Notes: a model not told the origin generated them from the letters alone. A DNA stretch of 64,000 nt from Flavobacteriales bacterium (GCA_041391845.1 JAWKNG010000003.1:85829-149828), one strand, 5' to 3'. Positions 25,601 through 34,660 are shown, numbered from the stretch's first letter. Made by a program: numbers and translations.

Positions 25601-26147
25601 GCTGGCCGCCATGAAGGCAGCACTGGTGTACATGAAGAACGAAGGCCCCGCCTTGCAGGAGCGCCTCAACACCATCACCGAGGACATGGTGACCCGCGTG
25701 AACGGCCTCTTCGACCAGTACCAGCTCCCCTACCGCTGGGTGAACTTCGGCAGCGCGTTCAAGACCAAGTACGACGAGAGCGTCAACTACACCGAGCTCT
25801 TCTTCATGCTGATGCGCTACCATGGTGTACACGTGCTGGACTTTCCGCACTTCATCACCACGGCGCATACCGCGGCCGACATCGAGTTCATCATCAGCGC
25901 AGTGGAGAAGACCTGCAAGGAGCTGCGCGAAAGCGGCTTCATGCCGGAGCGCACCTACCCGATCCCTGTGGTGAACAGCGTGCTGGGCAACAGCGTGCGC
26001 CGCGCATCGGAACGTGTGATGAGCGCGCTCGAAGCCCCGCTTCCGGGTGCGCGCCTCGGCCGCAGTGCCAAGGGCGAACCGGCCTGGTTCGTGCCGGATC
26101 CCGACCGCGCTGGCAAATACCTGCAGATCGACATCGAAGAACGTTGA
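19680..26147 (+). CDS. Hybrid NRPS-PKS megasynthase: A - PCP - KS - AT - ACP - class-III aminotransferase (AMT)
   Basis: 2155 aa. A domain: LFTSGSTGRPKGV, FDVSFQE, NQYGPTE, YRTGDRA, GRIDGQVKVRGYRIELGE, PSGKIDR. PCP: FFDLGGNSL (Ser codon about 21318). KS: IHTACSTS (Cys about 22020), ETHGTATPLGDP, NIGHL. AT: FPGQGSQ, GHSIGE (Ser about 23364), HAFHS. ACP: LGLDSL (Ser about 24333). AMT: CNTGSEA, FDEVITGFR, YGKVIGGGMP (Lys about 25446). No KR, DH or ER motifs between AT and ACP. Confidence 0.95.
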   Translation: MKSSIIDHILSQLDRNPGAPALTSNGNTWENKELCDRVRRLAHRLGEQGIGTNRTVGICLDRSPELIFAVLGIVQSGAAYVPIDPTYPAERIAGMLEDATPPVVITSKAHQHLFQGTNAKVLLIEDIDLESGPQFEGPCPAKAEDLLYVLFTSGSTGRPKGVAMHHAPLTNLIHWQLRTSVCKAGDRTLQFAPISFDVSFQEIFTTFAQGGTLVLITDEDRLNSTQLLRKIIAQKINRIIVPFVALQYLAEAVERTGETPSTLKEVFTSGEQLKITPAIANLFKQLPGCRFCNQYGPTEGHVVSELELKGDPSTWPALPNIGSAIDNVKLYVLDEQMKPVPTGEEGELYLGGACVAKGYIGRDDLTADRFLADPFNPGGRLYRTGDRAALLPNGEIDYKGRIDGQVKVRGYRIELGEVEVAMEKHPAVEQAVANVREDRPGLKRLIGYYVAKSDLSTNELRKHLASLLPDYMQPSAFVAVKELPRTPSGKIDRKALPAPDVKRPDLDVAFAAPTTSVQKTLANVWADLLGIDRVGIDDNFFDLGGNSLLSIQCVAQLEGHGLKLPIVKLYQHPTIRACAAFLEGDAAGTSPAEMAKARLGARHNAPGTRADVAIIGMSGRFPGAENVEQLWQNLLAKKNSISTWTVDELDPSIPAELRNDPDYVKARGVITDADKFDHGFFGVNPKVAALMDPQQRVFLETAWAALEDAAYDPAQFAGLIGVYAGMGNNTYFTRNVIGHPELIEQVGDFAVMTANEKDYIATRLAFEFDLRGPALSIHTACSTSLVAIAQAFKALRDGECDMALAGGIALTVPFNSGIVYNEGGMYSPDGSTRTFDANGKGTSFSDGCGIIVLKRLDDAVRDKDHVYAVIKGAALNNDGSDKASFTAPSVRGQAEVIAMAQADAGVSPSEITYVETHGTATPLGDPIEVEALTLAFGGKTNGHHCVIGSIKSNIGHLTPAAGAAGVIKTALALREEVIPANVGFETPNPAIDFANSPFRVLTESEAWPRVPGTPRIAGVSSFGVGGTNAHVILAEPPVAVASSASREKQLFLLSAKSKASLDAMTENLRTWLETHPKASLADAAYTLQVGRRHFKHRRLIVGGSHAEVIEAIANKDTNLIGTRELHEAAPGVVFMFPGQGSQYINMGRDLCASEPVFKEHFDRCCELFSKEFGTDLKAIIFPKAGEEEKAAEQLKQTIYTQASLFTMHYSLAKLWMHWGIVPDAMMGHSIGEFAAGCLAGVFSLEDAVKLVANRGRMMQDLPGGSMLSVRAAEEDVLKKLPAGCSIAANNGPQLCVASGPHEAIAKLQAELEKDGITCKLLVTSHAFHSPMMDAIVEPYKKVVESVKLSAPRIPIVSTVTAEWLKDDEATSPKYWSDHLRATVRFAQAVKFAWADADRVMLEVGPRTTATTLARQQSTDNKKQAAVPSLGDSAGNGNELTQLLKAVGGLWQSGVLIDWSKFYEREERCRISMPTYAFERIRHWVDPVAMVADGGRAIASTTIEAPVPNSGDANRSPKESLIAQIKHLLEESSGLELAEASNEETFLEMGLDSLFLTQVATSLSKKFGVKISFRQLNEELPNLDKLADHILPHWSQGPTGVPARGEAKATGKNAGGTLNALEDAPELKKVFGAQARIVKEKVDDMTPQQRAWFDAFVKRYVAKTAKSKAFTQENRKPMADPRVVTGFKPQTKELIYQVVVDKSVGCHLWDIDGNEYVDILSGFGSSMFGYMPDFIKEAVHKQVDTSVEIGPMHPLAAEVSKLLCELTGAERAAVCNTGSEAVLGAMRMARTVTGRSLIISFSGSYHGINDEVIIRGSKSKKSYPGAPGIMPEAVQNMLVLDYGTPESLEIIKQRCHEAAAVLVEPVQSRRMEFRPVDFLREVRRITQENGTALIFDEVITGFRTHPNGTQALFGIQADIGTYGKVIGGGMPVGAMIGKSEWMDALDGGHWQYGDDSVPPAGVTYFAGTFVRHPLTLAAMKAALVYMKNEGPALQERLNTITEDMVTRVNGLFDQYQLPYRWVNFGSAFKTKYDESVNYTELFFMLMRYHGVHVLDFPHFITTAHTAADIEFIISAVEKTCKELRESGFMPERTYPIPVVNSVLGNSVRRASERVMSALEAPLPGARLGRSAKGEPAWFVPDPDRAGKYLQIDIEER

Positions 26148-26184
26148 ACCCGACACCTGCGCTCTCCCTCGCAGGACCGCCGAA

Positions 26185-29100
26185 ATGGAACGATTCATTC
26201 CCTCCATCATCCGAACACCGGTCGACCACGACCCCTTCGCTGGGCCTACCATTGAGCAGACTATCCCCACCACCGAGGCCCAACGCGAGGTCTTCGTGGC
26301 CAGCGAAATGGGTGTGGAGGCCAGCTGTGCCTACAACGAGAGCGTCACCCTCGAACTCAGCGGCACCCTCGATCGCACCGCCATCGCCACGGCCGTGCAG
26401 CAGCTCGTGGACCGTCATGTGGCCCTGCGTTCCACCATCAGCCCCAGCGGCACCCGCATGGTGGTACAGCAGCAGCTCTCCATCGACCTGCCCTTCACCG
26501 ACCTCAGCACGCTGCCCGTCACCGAGCGACCCGCCGCCTGGGAAGCCTTGACGCGGCAGGATATGACCACGCCGTACGACCTGCGCAACGGTCCGCTGTT
26601 CCGCACCCGCCTGGTGAGGATGGATGCTGACACGCACATGCTGCGGCTGGCCGGCCACCACATCGTCTGCGATGGCTGGAGCCTGGGCATCATGATGGCC
26701 GAGGTCAGCGCACTCTACAATGCCGCACGCACCGGAAGTGCAGCTTCGTTGCCGCCCGCCGTACCGTACGGCGACTACAGCCTCGCCACCATCGACATCG
26801 CCAAGTCGCCGGAGCAGGCACGCATCGAACAGTACTGGACCAGCCAGTTCAAAGGGCCGCTCCAGCGCATGGACCTGCCCACCGACCGGCCGCGTCCGAA
26901 GCAGAAGACCTTCCGGGGCGAGCGCATCGACCTGGAGATGCCGCCGGAACTGGTGCGCGGGCTCAAGGAAGTGGCCACCCGCACCGGCGCCAGCTTCGTC
27001 ACCACGCTGCTCACCACCTTCGAACTGCTCCTGCACAAGCTTACGGGCAACACCGACCTGGTGGTGGGCCTGCCTGCTGCGGGCCAGAGCGATCTGGACA
27101 TGAAGCACCTGGTGGGGCATTGCGTGAACCTGCTCGCCCTGCGCAGCCGCATCGATGACGAGCGGCCCTTCGCTGAACACCTGAAGGAACGCCGCACCGC
27201 CGTGCTCGATGCCTTCGACAACCAGAAGTACACCTTCGGCACACTGCTGCGCACCCTGAACATTCCGCGCGAACCCGGACGCATCCCACTGGTGCCTGTG
27301 GTGTTCAACATCGACATGAACATGGACGATGGGGTGGCCTTCGATGGGCTGCACCACCGCTTCCACAGCGACCCGCGCGCCTTCGAGAACTTCGAGCTCT
27401 TCCTCAACGCCACCGGCAGCGAGCAGGGACTGGTGCTCGAATGGAGCTTCAACACCGACCTCTTCGATGCGGGAACGGTGCGCGGCTGGATGGACCAGCT
27501 GCTGCTCCTGGTGCAGCGCATCATCGCAGCACCGCAGGCCAGCCTCGCCGAACTGGTGGGCGATGAACCCATCGACCAGGAGGTGGTGATGCCTTCCACG
27601 CAATGGGAAGGTCGCTCCACCATGTACCCGCGCAGCGACGTGGGCAGCGTGTTCCGCGAGGTGGCCACGGCCCATGCGACCAGCACGGCGCTGATCCTCG
27701 GCGACCAGCAGCTGGACTACCGCAGCCTGGCCGAACGCGTGGATGCCGCGGCCATGGCCCTGGTGGCGCGTGGTGTGCAGCCCGGTCGACCGATCGGCAT
27801 CTGCATGGAACGCAGCTTCGACATGGTGGTGGGCATGCTCGCCATCCTGCGCAGTGGTGCGTGCTTCGTGCCCTTCGATCCCGCGTACCCCGCCGAGCGC
27901 ATCGCGTTCATGCTGGAGGATACCGGTGTGGACCTCGTGCTGGTGCAGGACCACCTGCGCGACAGCCTACCCCCCACCGCGCACACCACCACGCTCGCCC
28001 AGCTTGCTCCGGCCACCGCACCGCTGCCCACCATCGCTCCGGAAGCCCCCGCGTACATCATGTACACCAGCGGAAGCACCGGTACGCCAAAGGGTGTCGT
28101 AGTGCCCCATCGCGCCATCCTGCGCCTCGTGCGGGAACAGAACTTCCTGCCCTTCGGCCCGGAGCTGACGTTCCTGCAACTCTCCAACACCTCCTTCGAT
28201 GCCTCCACGCTGGAGATCTGGGGCGCGCTGCTGAACGGTGGTCGCCTCGTGCTGCAACCGCAGACCAAGCCCACCCTGCTGGAGATCACCGAGAGCATCC
28301 GTACGCACAAGGTCACCACGGTATGGTTCACCGTGGGGCTCTTCAACCTGCTGGTGGATGAGCACCTTGACAAGTTGCGCGGGTTGAAGCACATCCTCAC
28401 CGGTGGTGATGTGCTCAGCGTTCCGCACGTGAAGAAGGCCCTCGCCGCGCTGGGTCCCGGTGTGCTCATCAATGGCTACGGCCCCACGGAGAACACCACC
28501 TTCACCTGCTGCTACCCCATCAATGACGCGGCCGGCATCAAGACCAGCGTACCCATCGGCTTCCCGCTGAACAACACCACCGTGCATGTGCTCGACGAGC
28601 AACTGCAACCCGTGGGCGTGGGTCGCAAAGGCGAACTGTACACCGGCGGCGATGGCGTGGCCCTGGGCTATTGGAAGCGTCCCGAGCTGAACGCCGAACG
28701 CTTCATCGACGACCCCTTCATCAGCACCCCCGGCGCCAAGCTCTACCGCACCGGCGACCTCGTGCGCTGGCAGCCCGATGGCAGCATCGAGTTCATCGGT
28801 CGCGCGGACGGACAGGTGAAGGTGCGCGGCTTCCGGGTGGAGCTGGGCGAGATCGAGAACGCCATCGCGGAAGTGCCCGGCGTGAAGGACCGGGTGGTGG
28901 TGCTGCGCCAGGATACGCCGGGCGAGAAGCAGCTCGTGGCCTACCTCGTGGCCCACTCAGCACCGGCGCCCGAGGACCAGAGCGCGCTGATCGCCAGCGT
29001 GCGCATGCAGTTGCGCGACCAGCTGCCCGAATACATGGTGCCCACCGCCTTCGTGGTACTACCCGAACTGCCGCTGACCCCCAACGGCAAGGTGGACCGG

Positions 29101-30123
29101 CGCGCCCTGCCCGCACCGGAGTTCCGTCAACAGCTGATGCGCGCCGAACACGTGGCGCCGCGCGACCCCGTGGAGCGCGAACTGGCCGCCATCTGGCGTA
29201 CTGCCCTGAAGGTGGACAGCATCGGCATCCACGACAACTTCTTCGACCTGGGCGGTCACTCCCTCATCGGCATCCAGGTGCTCGGTCAGGTGGAACAGCA
29301 CTTCGGTCGCAGCCTGCCGCTAAGCGCCTTGTTCGAGGCTCCCACCATCGCCGAGTTCGCGCGGGGCCTGCAGGTGGACGGGGCCGGCAGCCGGTGGAAG
29401 AACCTCTCCTCCATCCAACCCATCGGTGACCGTGCGCCCCTCTTCTGCGTGCATGGCGACGAGGCCAACCACTTCATTCCGCGCTACCTCGGCAGCGCGC
29501 ATCCCTTCTACGCCTTCTTCCACCAGGGCGAGGATGGCCGCGCCATCGAGCACCAGAGCGTGGAGGCCATTGCAGCCCACTTCATCCACGAACTGAAGCA
29601 GGCGCGACCCGAAGGACCGTACCTGCTGTGCGGCTACAGCTTCGGCGGCATCGTGGCCTATGAGATGGCGCAACAGTTGCGCAAGGCCGGTGATGACGTG
29701 CCGATGCTGGTGGTGTTCGACACCTACGCTCCGCGCCTGCACGCCGCCGCGGTGGCGAGCGACCGCAAGTTCTATGAACCCGTGAAGAACGCCGTGTACC
29801 GCGGCCTCATCGCACGCGATCTGGCCCGTGGCAAGGTGCTGTCGCCACGCCTGCGGCACTTCCACATCATCGACACCTACGACAGGGCCGTGATGGCCTA
29901 TCGCCCCGCACCGATGGACGGGCCGCTCACCGTGTTCAAAGCCCGCGAAAGCTGGGGCGCCGAGGACATGGGCTGGAAGGAGCTCGCGCCCGATGTGGAC
30001 GTGCATGTGCTGCCCGGCGACCACTACAGCATGATCAAGGAGCCCCATGTGAAAGAGCTGGTGAAGGTGCTGGCGGGCTGCATGGACAAGGCCTTGCTGC
30101 GCCACGCCGTGGAGGCAGTGTGA
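26185..30123 (+). CDS. NRPS termination module: C - A - PCP - TE
   Basis: Start moved to ATG 26185 (MERFIPSII). C: HHIVCDGWS (26656..26676). A: YIMYTSGSTGTPKGV, FDASTLE, NGYGPTE, YRTGDLV, PNGKVDR. PCP: FFDLGGHSL (Ser about 29260). TE: GYSFGG (Ser about 29638) and GDHYSM. Confidence 0.95.
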   Translation: MERFIPSIIRTPVDHDPFAGPTIEQTIPTTEAQREVFVASEMGVEASCAYNESVTLELSGTLDRTAIATAVQQLVDRHVALRSTISPSGTRMVVQQQLSIDLPFTDLSTLPVTERPAAWEALTRQDMTTPYDLRNGPLFRTRLVRMDADTHMLRLAGHHIVCDGWSLGIMMAEVSALYNAARTGSAASLPPAVPYGDYSLATIDIAKSPEQARIEQYWTSQFKGPLQRMDLPTDRPRPKQKTFRGERIDLEMPPELVRGLKEVATRTGASFVTTLLTTFELLLHKLTGNTDLVVGLPAAGQSDLDMKHLVGHCVNLLALRSRIDDERPFAEHLKERRTAVLDAFDNQKYTFGTLLRTLNIPREPGRIPLVPVVFNIDMNMDDGVAFDGLHHRFHSDPRAFENFELFLNATGSEQGLVLEWSFNTDLFDAGTVRGWMDQLLLLVQRIIAAPQASLAELVGDEPIDQEVVMPSTQWEGRSTMYPRSDVGSVFREVATAHATSTALILGDQQLDYRSLAERVDAAAMALVARGVQPGRPIGICMERSFDMVVGMLAILRSGACFVPFDPAYPAERIAFMLEDTGVDLVLVQDHLRDSLPPTAHTTTLAQLAPATAPLPTIAPEAPAYIMYTSGSTGTPKGVVVPHRAILRLVREQNFLPFGPELTFLQLSNTSFDASTLEIWGALLNGGRLVLQPQTKPTLLEITESIRTHKVTTVWFTVGLFNLLVDEHLDKLRGLKHILTGGDVLSVPHVKKALAALGPGVLINGYGPTENTTFTCCYPINDAAGIKTSVPIGFPLNNTTVHVLDEQLQPVGVGRKGELYTGGDGVALGYWKRPELNAERFIDDPFISTPGAKLYRTGDLVRWQPDGSIEFIGRADGQVKVRGFRVELGEIENAIAEVPGVKDRVVVLRQDTPGEKQLVAYLVAHSAPAPEDQSALIASVRMQLRDQLPEYMVPTAFVVLPELPLTPNGKVDRRALPAPEFRQQLMRAEHVAPRDPVERELAAIWRTALKVDSIGIHDNFFDLGGHSLIGIQVLGQVEQHFGRSLPLSALFEAPTIAEFARGLQVDGAGSRWKNLSSIQPIGDRAPLFCVHGDEANHFIPRYLGSAHPFYAFFHQGEDGRAIEHQSVEAIAAHFIHELKQARPEGPYLLCGYSFGGIVAYEMAQQLRKAGDDVPMLVVFDTYAPRLHAAAVASDRKFYEPVKNAVYRGLIARDLARGKVLSPRLRHFHIIDTYDRAVMAYRPAPMDGPLTVFKARESWGAEDMGWKELAPDVDVHVLPGDHYSMIKEPHVKELVKVLAGCMDKALLRHAVEAV

Positions 30124-30881
30124 CCATGGACGGCGCGCACCAGGACCTCCACCTGTACTGCCGCGGACCGCTGCCCGCTGCGGTGGGGCAATGGACCGGA
30201 GGTGCGCCTCCCCACGGACATGTCCATGTACACGTGGCCACCATCGCCGCGCTCCGCGCCCGCACCGAGGCCTACCTGCACACGCTCGACACGGAGGAAC
30301 TGGCGCGCCATGAGCGCTTCCGCTTCGCGGCCGACCGCGAGCGCTTCCTGCTGGCACACGGGCTGCTGCGCGACCTGCTGGGCCGCTACCTGGGGCTGGA
30401 ACCGGCGGCGTTGCGCTTCGCGCGTGGTGCGCATGGCAAGCCCTACCTGCACGGCGTTCCGCTCCACTTCAACCTCAGCGATACGAAGGATGCCATGGCG
30501 CTGGCGGTGGCCCATGCACCGCTCGGCCTCGACCTGGAGACCATGGGCCGCACCGTGGACCACCTGGCCGTCGCCGCCCACTACTTCACCGCCGAAGAGC
30601 AGGCCGACATCAACGCTGCCACCGATGCCAAACGGCGCTTCCTGGAACTGTGGACCCGCAAGGAAGCCGTGCTGAAGGCCAGTGGTGTCGGCATCATGGA
30701 CGACCTCAAGGTGTTGCGTGTGGACCTACCGTACCAAGCGATGCGCATCGCACATCCCGCCTTCCGCGCCCTGGCCGATGCCCAGTACCACGTTCACACC
30801 TGGCACCTGGGCGCCGATCATCTGCTGAGCGTGGCCAGTGCGCTGGAGCCCGCGGCTGTGGCGGTGTTCGGAGAGGAGTGA
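30120..30881 (+). CDS. Sfp-type 4'-phosphopantetheinyl transferase
   Basis: About 250 aa. FNLSDTKD and WTRKEAVLKASGVG motifs. The GTG at 30120 overlaps the NRPS stop by 4 nt; ATG 30126 is an alternative start. Confidence 0.85.
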   Translation: MTMDGAHQDLHLYCRGPLPAAVGQWTGGAPPHGHVHVHVATIAALRARTEAYLHTLDTEELARHERFRFAADRERFLLAHGLLRDLLGRYLGLEPAALRFARGAHGKPYLHGVPLHFNLSDTKDAMALAVAHAPLGLDLETMGRTVDHLAVAAHYFTAEEQADINAATDAKRRFLELWTRKEAVLKASGVGIMDDLKVLRVDLPYQAMRIAHPAFRALADAQYHVHTWHLGADHLLSVASALEPAAVAVFGEE

Positions 30882-30885
30882 ACCC

Positions 30886-32366
30886 TCACTCCACCACCAC
30901 CCTTGCCTGCCACCGCTGCCCATCGCGCGCCTCCACCAGCAGCAGGTACGTACCCGCCTCCGCAGTGGTGCTCAGGGGTTGCTGCTCCGCGCCACTGGGC
31001 AGCGTGTAGTGCTGCACCACCCGCCCGCTGGCATCCAGCAGCCGGGCCTGAGCGGGGCCGAGGTCGGCAGGCAAGGATAGAGTGAATTGGCCGCTGTTAG
31101 GGTTGGGTGCAACACGCACCGTTGCCTGCACTGGCGCAGTGGCATCAGACACCGCCGTGGTCAGGTCCGGCCCGTACAACCGGGTGATGAAGCGTTGGTC
31201 AGTATCGTTGGTGGTACCGTCGGTGTAGCCGTGAAACGTTCCGTAGACGTAGAGCATGTTGTCGGGGGTGAAGTGGACACCCGAAACGCCACCGAGGACC
31301 TGCCCCTGATAGACATAGGTGCCCACACCAGCGCCGCTGAACTCGGGCATGAGCGTGCCAGTGCTGTCCACCACGCAAAGTCCGAAGCGTGGTTCGCCAT
31401 TCACCTGTTGAAAGGTGCCAGTGACCAAGTAGCGCCCCCCCGGCCAATGGTCGATCGAGTTGGGGATGACACCGAGGTCCAGGTAGTTCGGGATCGTACC
31501 CAGACCGAAGGTGATGGTTTGGTCAAAGGAGGTATCCAGCTCCCCGTTGCCCAATAGCCTTGCCATGCGCATCGTATCGCCGGGCAGGTCATCCAAACCG
31601 AATCTGCCGACCACTACGATCCGGGTATCTTCCAGTACCAGGAACTCACTGACACGACCCCATGCCACCTCCGGATCGAAGCTGGTATCCAAGGCCCCAT
31701 CGGCATGCACCCGAAAGACACGGCGCACGGGTTGGCCTTCATAAGTGCTGCACGTACCACTGCACAGGAACTTGCCATCGGGCTGCTGCTCGATCTCGTA
31801 GATCACCCCGTTGCAGTAGCGGTGGGTCTTGGTGGTATCCAAGTGCCCGGTGTTGGTGAACCAGATAAGGTTGTAGATGCCCACGTAGCCCGCGCCGTGT
31901 CGTACAGGCTGTGCGCACCGCTCATCAGAATGCTGCCGTCCGGGTAGACGTGGTAGTCGCCGCCTTGGAGGGAGCTAAAAAGTGTCTGCGTGCTCATAGC
32001 GATGAAGTCGTAATCGATCTCGCCATCCAAGTAAAGTCGCCTAACTGCCTGCCCCACCTCAACGTACAATCGATCTCCCCACCTTCTGATAGTGCCACCT
32101 CCTATACCATTCGTAGCAAAATCAAAATCTCGATCGCCGTTCGGAAGAAAGCGCATCATGTTCTTGAAATTCAGATCATTTCCGAATTTCATTTTCCCAG
32201 AGGCCAGAAGACTTCCATCATCCAATGGAAGAATGCTGCTTACATACCATGTGTTAAAGTCGCATCCGAAGGATACATCCAATGACAACGGTGCTTGAGC
32301 GACCAACATCATGTGAAGCATCGCTCCTGTCGCCAGCGCGACCATTCGTTTCGCGAGCGTCCGCAT
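30886..32366 (-). pseudogene. Delta-60-repeat-like beta-propeller T9SS cargo, copy 1, split by one frame break
   Basis: Track ORFs 31803..32417 (start taken at 32366, MRTLAKRMVALATGAMLHMMLVAQA) and 30886..31884 together are colinear with the intact paralogue 33176..34660. The break is at the CCC run 31889..31891. One extra G/C would read ..DTARGYVGIYNLIWFTNTG.. as in copy 2 (..DTARGFVGLYNLIWFTNTG..). A type-A CTD lies at the 3' end. Confidence 0.7.
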
Positions 32367-33152
32367 CACTGTACGATCAGACGATCGGTCTTCAGTGCCC
32401 CTGCATCCGTGATGCATTCAACCGTGTAGGTGCCCTTGGACAGCTGACGCGCGTCCAGCACCACTTGGCCTTGCCTGCCTGCAAAACGCTCGGTGAGTAG
32501 TACTCTCCCAGCGATGTCTTTTACGAGGATCCTTCCATTCGCAGGCTCATCCAGCAGGAAGAAGGTCAATGTTGTCCAGGTTTGTGCCGGATTCGGTGCC
32601 AGCGTGATCATGTTCTCCTCTGGCGACCGCGTGGCGTTTGGAGGCTCCCGCAAACTCTTATCGCCGCCTACCTCCCCCTCCCGTTCGTGGTGGCCTGCAA
32701 TGTTCGTAGTACACGCACAGCAGGTTACTGATCCAGTTCGCAGCACGGTCGTACTGCCCGTCGCTCAGGGCCTTCAACTGGTTCACCTCGGCCGTGGTCA
32801 ATTCGTGGGCCGCACGACCGGCGTTGGCTGCGTTCTGCAGCAAGGTGATGTAGTCCAGCATCCGGAAGCGCTCCAGTTGTTCCGGGCTGCGCAAGTCGTG
32901 CTCCTGCGGGATACTGCTGATACCATCCCGACATGCAATACCAGCCGATCTGCTTGCCTTCTTTCCGCATGCCTTCTCCGCGGAACAGGTTCCGTAGACC
33001 CCGCTACGCAGCCTGTTCCGCGTATCGTCCTCCGAAAAGAATGCCGCGCATCTCTTGGCCGGTCTTGCATGTCGGGATGGTATTACCACGCTGTGCGCCT
33101 CGCTGTAGTTGCCTTGGCAGTCGCGCGCTGTGGTAAAAGTCAAGCTGGTCAT
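32366..33152 (-). pseudogene. Small protein with conserved helical N-part and a type-A T9SS CTD, copy 1, split by one frame break
   Basis: ORF 32658..33203 (start taken at ATG 33152) ends ..NLLCVYYEHCRPPRTGGGGRRR*. ORF 32366..32746 continues in another frame, ..EREGEVGGDKSLREPP..ITLAPNPAQTW..DRLIVQ. Copy 2 (34657..35226) has both parts in one frame. The break lies in the G-rich tract about 32670..32690. The stop overlaps the downstream start (TGATG). Confidence 0.55.
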
Positions 33153-33175
33153 GATACTGAAGTTACACCAATCCA

Positions 33176-34660
33176 TCACTCCACCACCACCCTTGCCTGC
33201 CACCGCCGCCCATCCCGCGCTTCCACCAGCAGCAGGTACGTACCCGCCTCTACATTGCTGCTCAGGGGTTGCTGCTCCGCGCCACCGGCCAGCGTGTAGT
33301 GCTGCACCACCCGCCCGCTGGCATCCAGCAGACGGGCCTGTGCGGGGCCCAGGTCGGCAAGCAAGAACAGGGTGAAGTGGTCGGTGGTAGGGTTGGGGGC
33401 AACACGCACCGTGGCCAGCACTGGCGCAGTGGCATCAGACACCGCCGTGGTCAGGTCCGGTCCGTACAACCGGGTGATGAAGCGTTGGTCAGTATCGTTG
33501 GTGGTGCCGTCGCTGTAGCCGTGGTAGGCGCCATAGACGTAGAGCATGTTGTCGGGGGTGAGGAAGGCGCCATCCACACCACCATAAACGAAGTCTTGGT
33601 AGGTATATGGCCCAACCCCTGCGTTGTGGAATTCTGAGCTTAATGCGCCGGTGCTATCCAGCATACAAAGTCCTAGGCGCTGTTGTCCATTCACCGCTTG
33701 GAAGTAGCCCGTCACTAAGAGCCTATTTCCAATGGGCTGTATGGTTCCAAGTGTTGCGCCGAGGTTCCCGTAATTCGGAATTGTACCTAAGGACCAATTG
33801 TGATCGTAGATGAATGAGGGATCCAGCTCTCCATTAGGAAGCAATCGAATGCACCGCAGGGTATCCTGGGGCATGCTACTTTGTTGCATAATACCGACCG
33901 CGTAACTCCTGCCGTCAGGCAGTGGCAGGAAGCCAAAAGCCTCACCCCATGTGATACCTGAATCAAAGGTGGTATCCAACGCCCCATCCGGGTGAACGCG
34001 GAACACCTTGCGTACAGGCTGTCCGTCGTAGATCGTACATGCACCGCTACATAGGAATTTGCCATCCGGCTGCTGCTCGATCTCGTAGATGGCCCCGTTA
34101 CCTGCGCGATGGGTCTTGGTAGTATCCAAGTAACCAGTATTGGTGAACCAGATCAGGTTGTAGAGGCCCACAAAGCCACGGGCAGTATCGTCCAGGTTGT
34201 GCAAGCCGCTCATCACAATGCTACCATCGGGGTACACATGGTAGTCGCCGCCTTGCAAGGAGCTGAAGAGCGGGCTGGTGTTCATTTCTATGAATGATTG
34301 ATCCCGGTAGCCCGTGGGAAGTATCCTCCGGACCGTTTGTGAGGTTGCAACATAGAACGTGTCGCCACGCCATGGAGTTATTCGTCCCCCTCCTAGACCA
34401 CTTTGATAAAAGGAGTCATCCAGCGAGCCATCAGCATGGAACCGCATTAATGCACGGAACAATATCTCGCCCTGATAGCGCATTTGTCCTGACGCAACGA
34501 CTTTGCCATTCTCCAAGGGCAACAAGCCAGAAACATACCAAGATGAAAGAGCTGTTCGGAAAGAGGGGTCTAGCGTCAATGGTGTTTGAGCACGCAACGT
34601 TAAACCTAACATCCATGCTAGCGCGACCGTTGGGAGCGATATGTTGTAAATGTGCCTCAT
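33176..34660 (-). CDS. Delta-60-repeat-like beta-propeller protein with type-A T9SS CTD, copy 2 (intact)
   Basis: 494 aa with a signal peptide. Recurrent (A/P)DGSLD.SF, PDGALDTTFD and PNGELDPSF motifs are typical of delta-60 repeats. The CTD is VRVAPNPTTDHFTLFLLADL...GTYLLLVEARDGRRWQARVVVE. Confidence 0.8.
   Translation of the reverse strand: MRHIYNISLPTVALAWMLGLTLRAQTPLTLDPSFRTALSSWYVSGLLPLENGKVVASGQMRYQGEILFRALMRFHADGSLDDSFYQSGLGGGRITPWRGDTFYVATSQTVRRILPTGYRDQSFIEMNTSPLFSSLQGGDYHVYPDGSIVMSGLHNLDDTARGFVGLYNLIWFTNTGYLDTTKTHRAGNGAIYEIEQQPDGKFLCSGACTIYDGQPVRKVFRVHPDGALDTTFDSGITWGEAFGFLPLPDGRSYAVGIMQQSSMPQDTLRCIRLLPNGELDPSFIYDHNWSLGTIPNYGNLGATLGTIQPIGNRLLVTGYFQAVNGQQRLGLCMLDSTGALSSEFHNAGVGPYTYQDFVYGGVDGAFLTPDNMLYVYGAYHGYSDGTTNDTDQRFITRLYGPDLTTAVSDATAPVLATVRVAPNPTTDHFTLFLLADLGPAQARLLDASGRVVQHYTLAGGAEQQPLSSNVEAGTYLLLVEARDGRRWQARVVVE

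Noticed and set aside
19653-27954. Very long minus-strand ORFs (19653..21395, 21474..23057, 24222..26273, 25939..27954) opposite the NRPS-PKS genes
   Set aside because: They are antisense to genes with unambiguous catalytic motifs. Their translations are Arg/Ala/Gly/His-rich low-information sequence with no motifs. This is the typical shadow-ORF behaviour of GC-rich DNA.
30876-30891. Small hairpin GAGTGA-ACCC-TCACTC formed by the two convergent stop codons (PPTase and delta-60 copy 1)
   Set aside because: It has only a 6-bp stem and is largely dictated by the two TGA codons facing each other. That is too weak to call a terminator.
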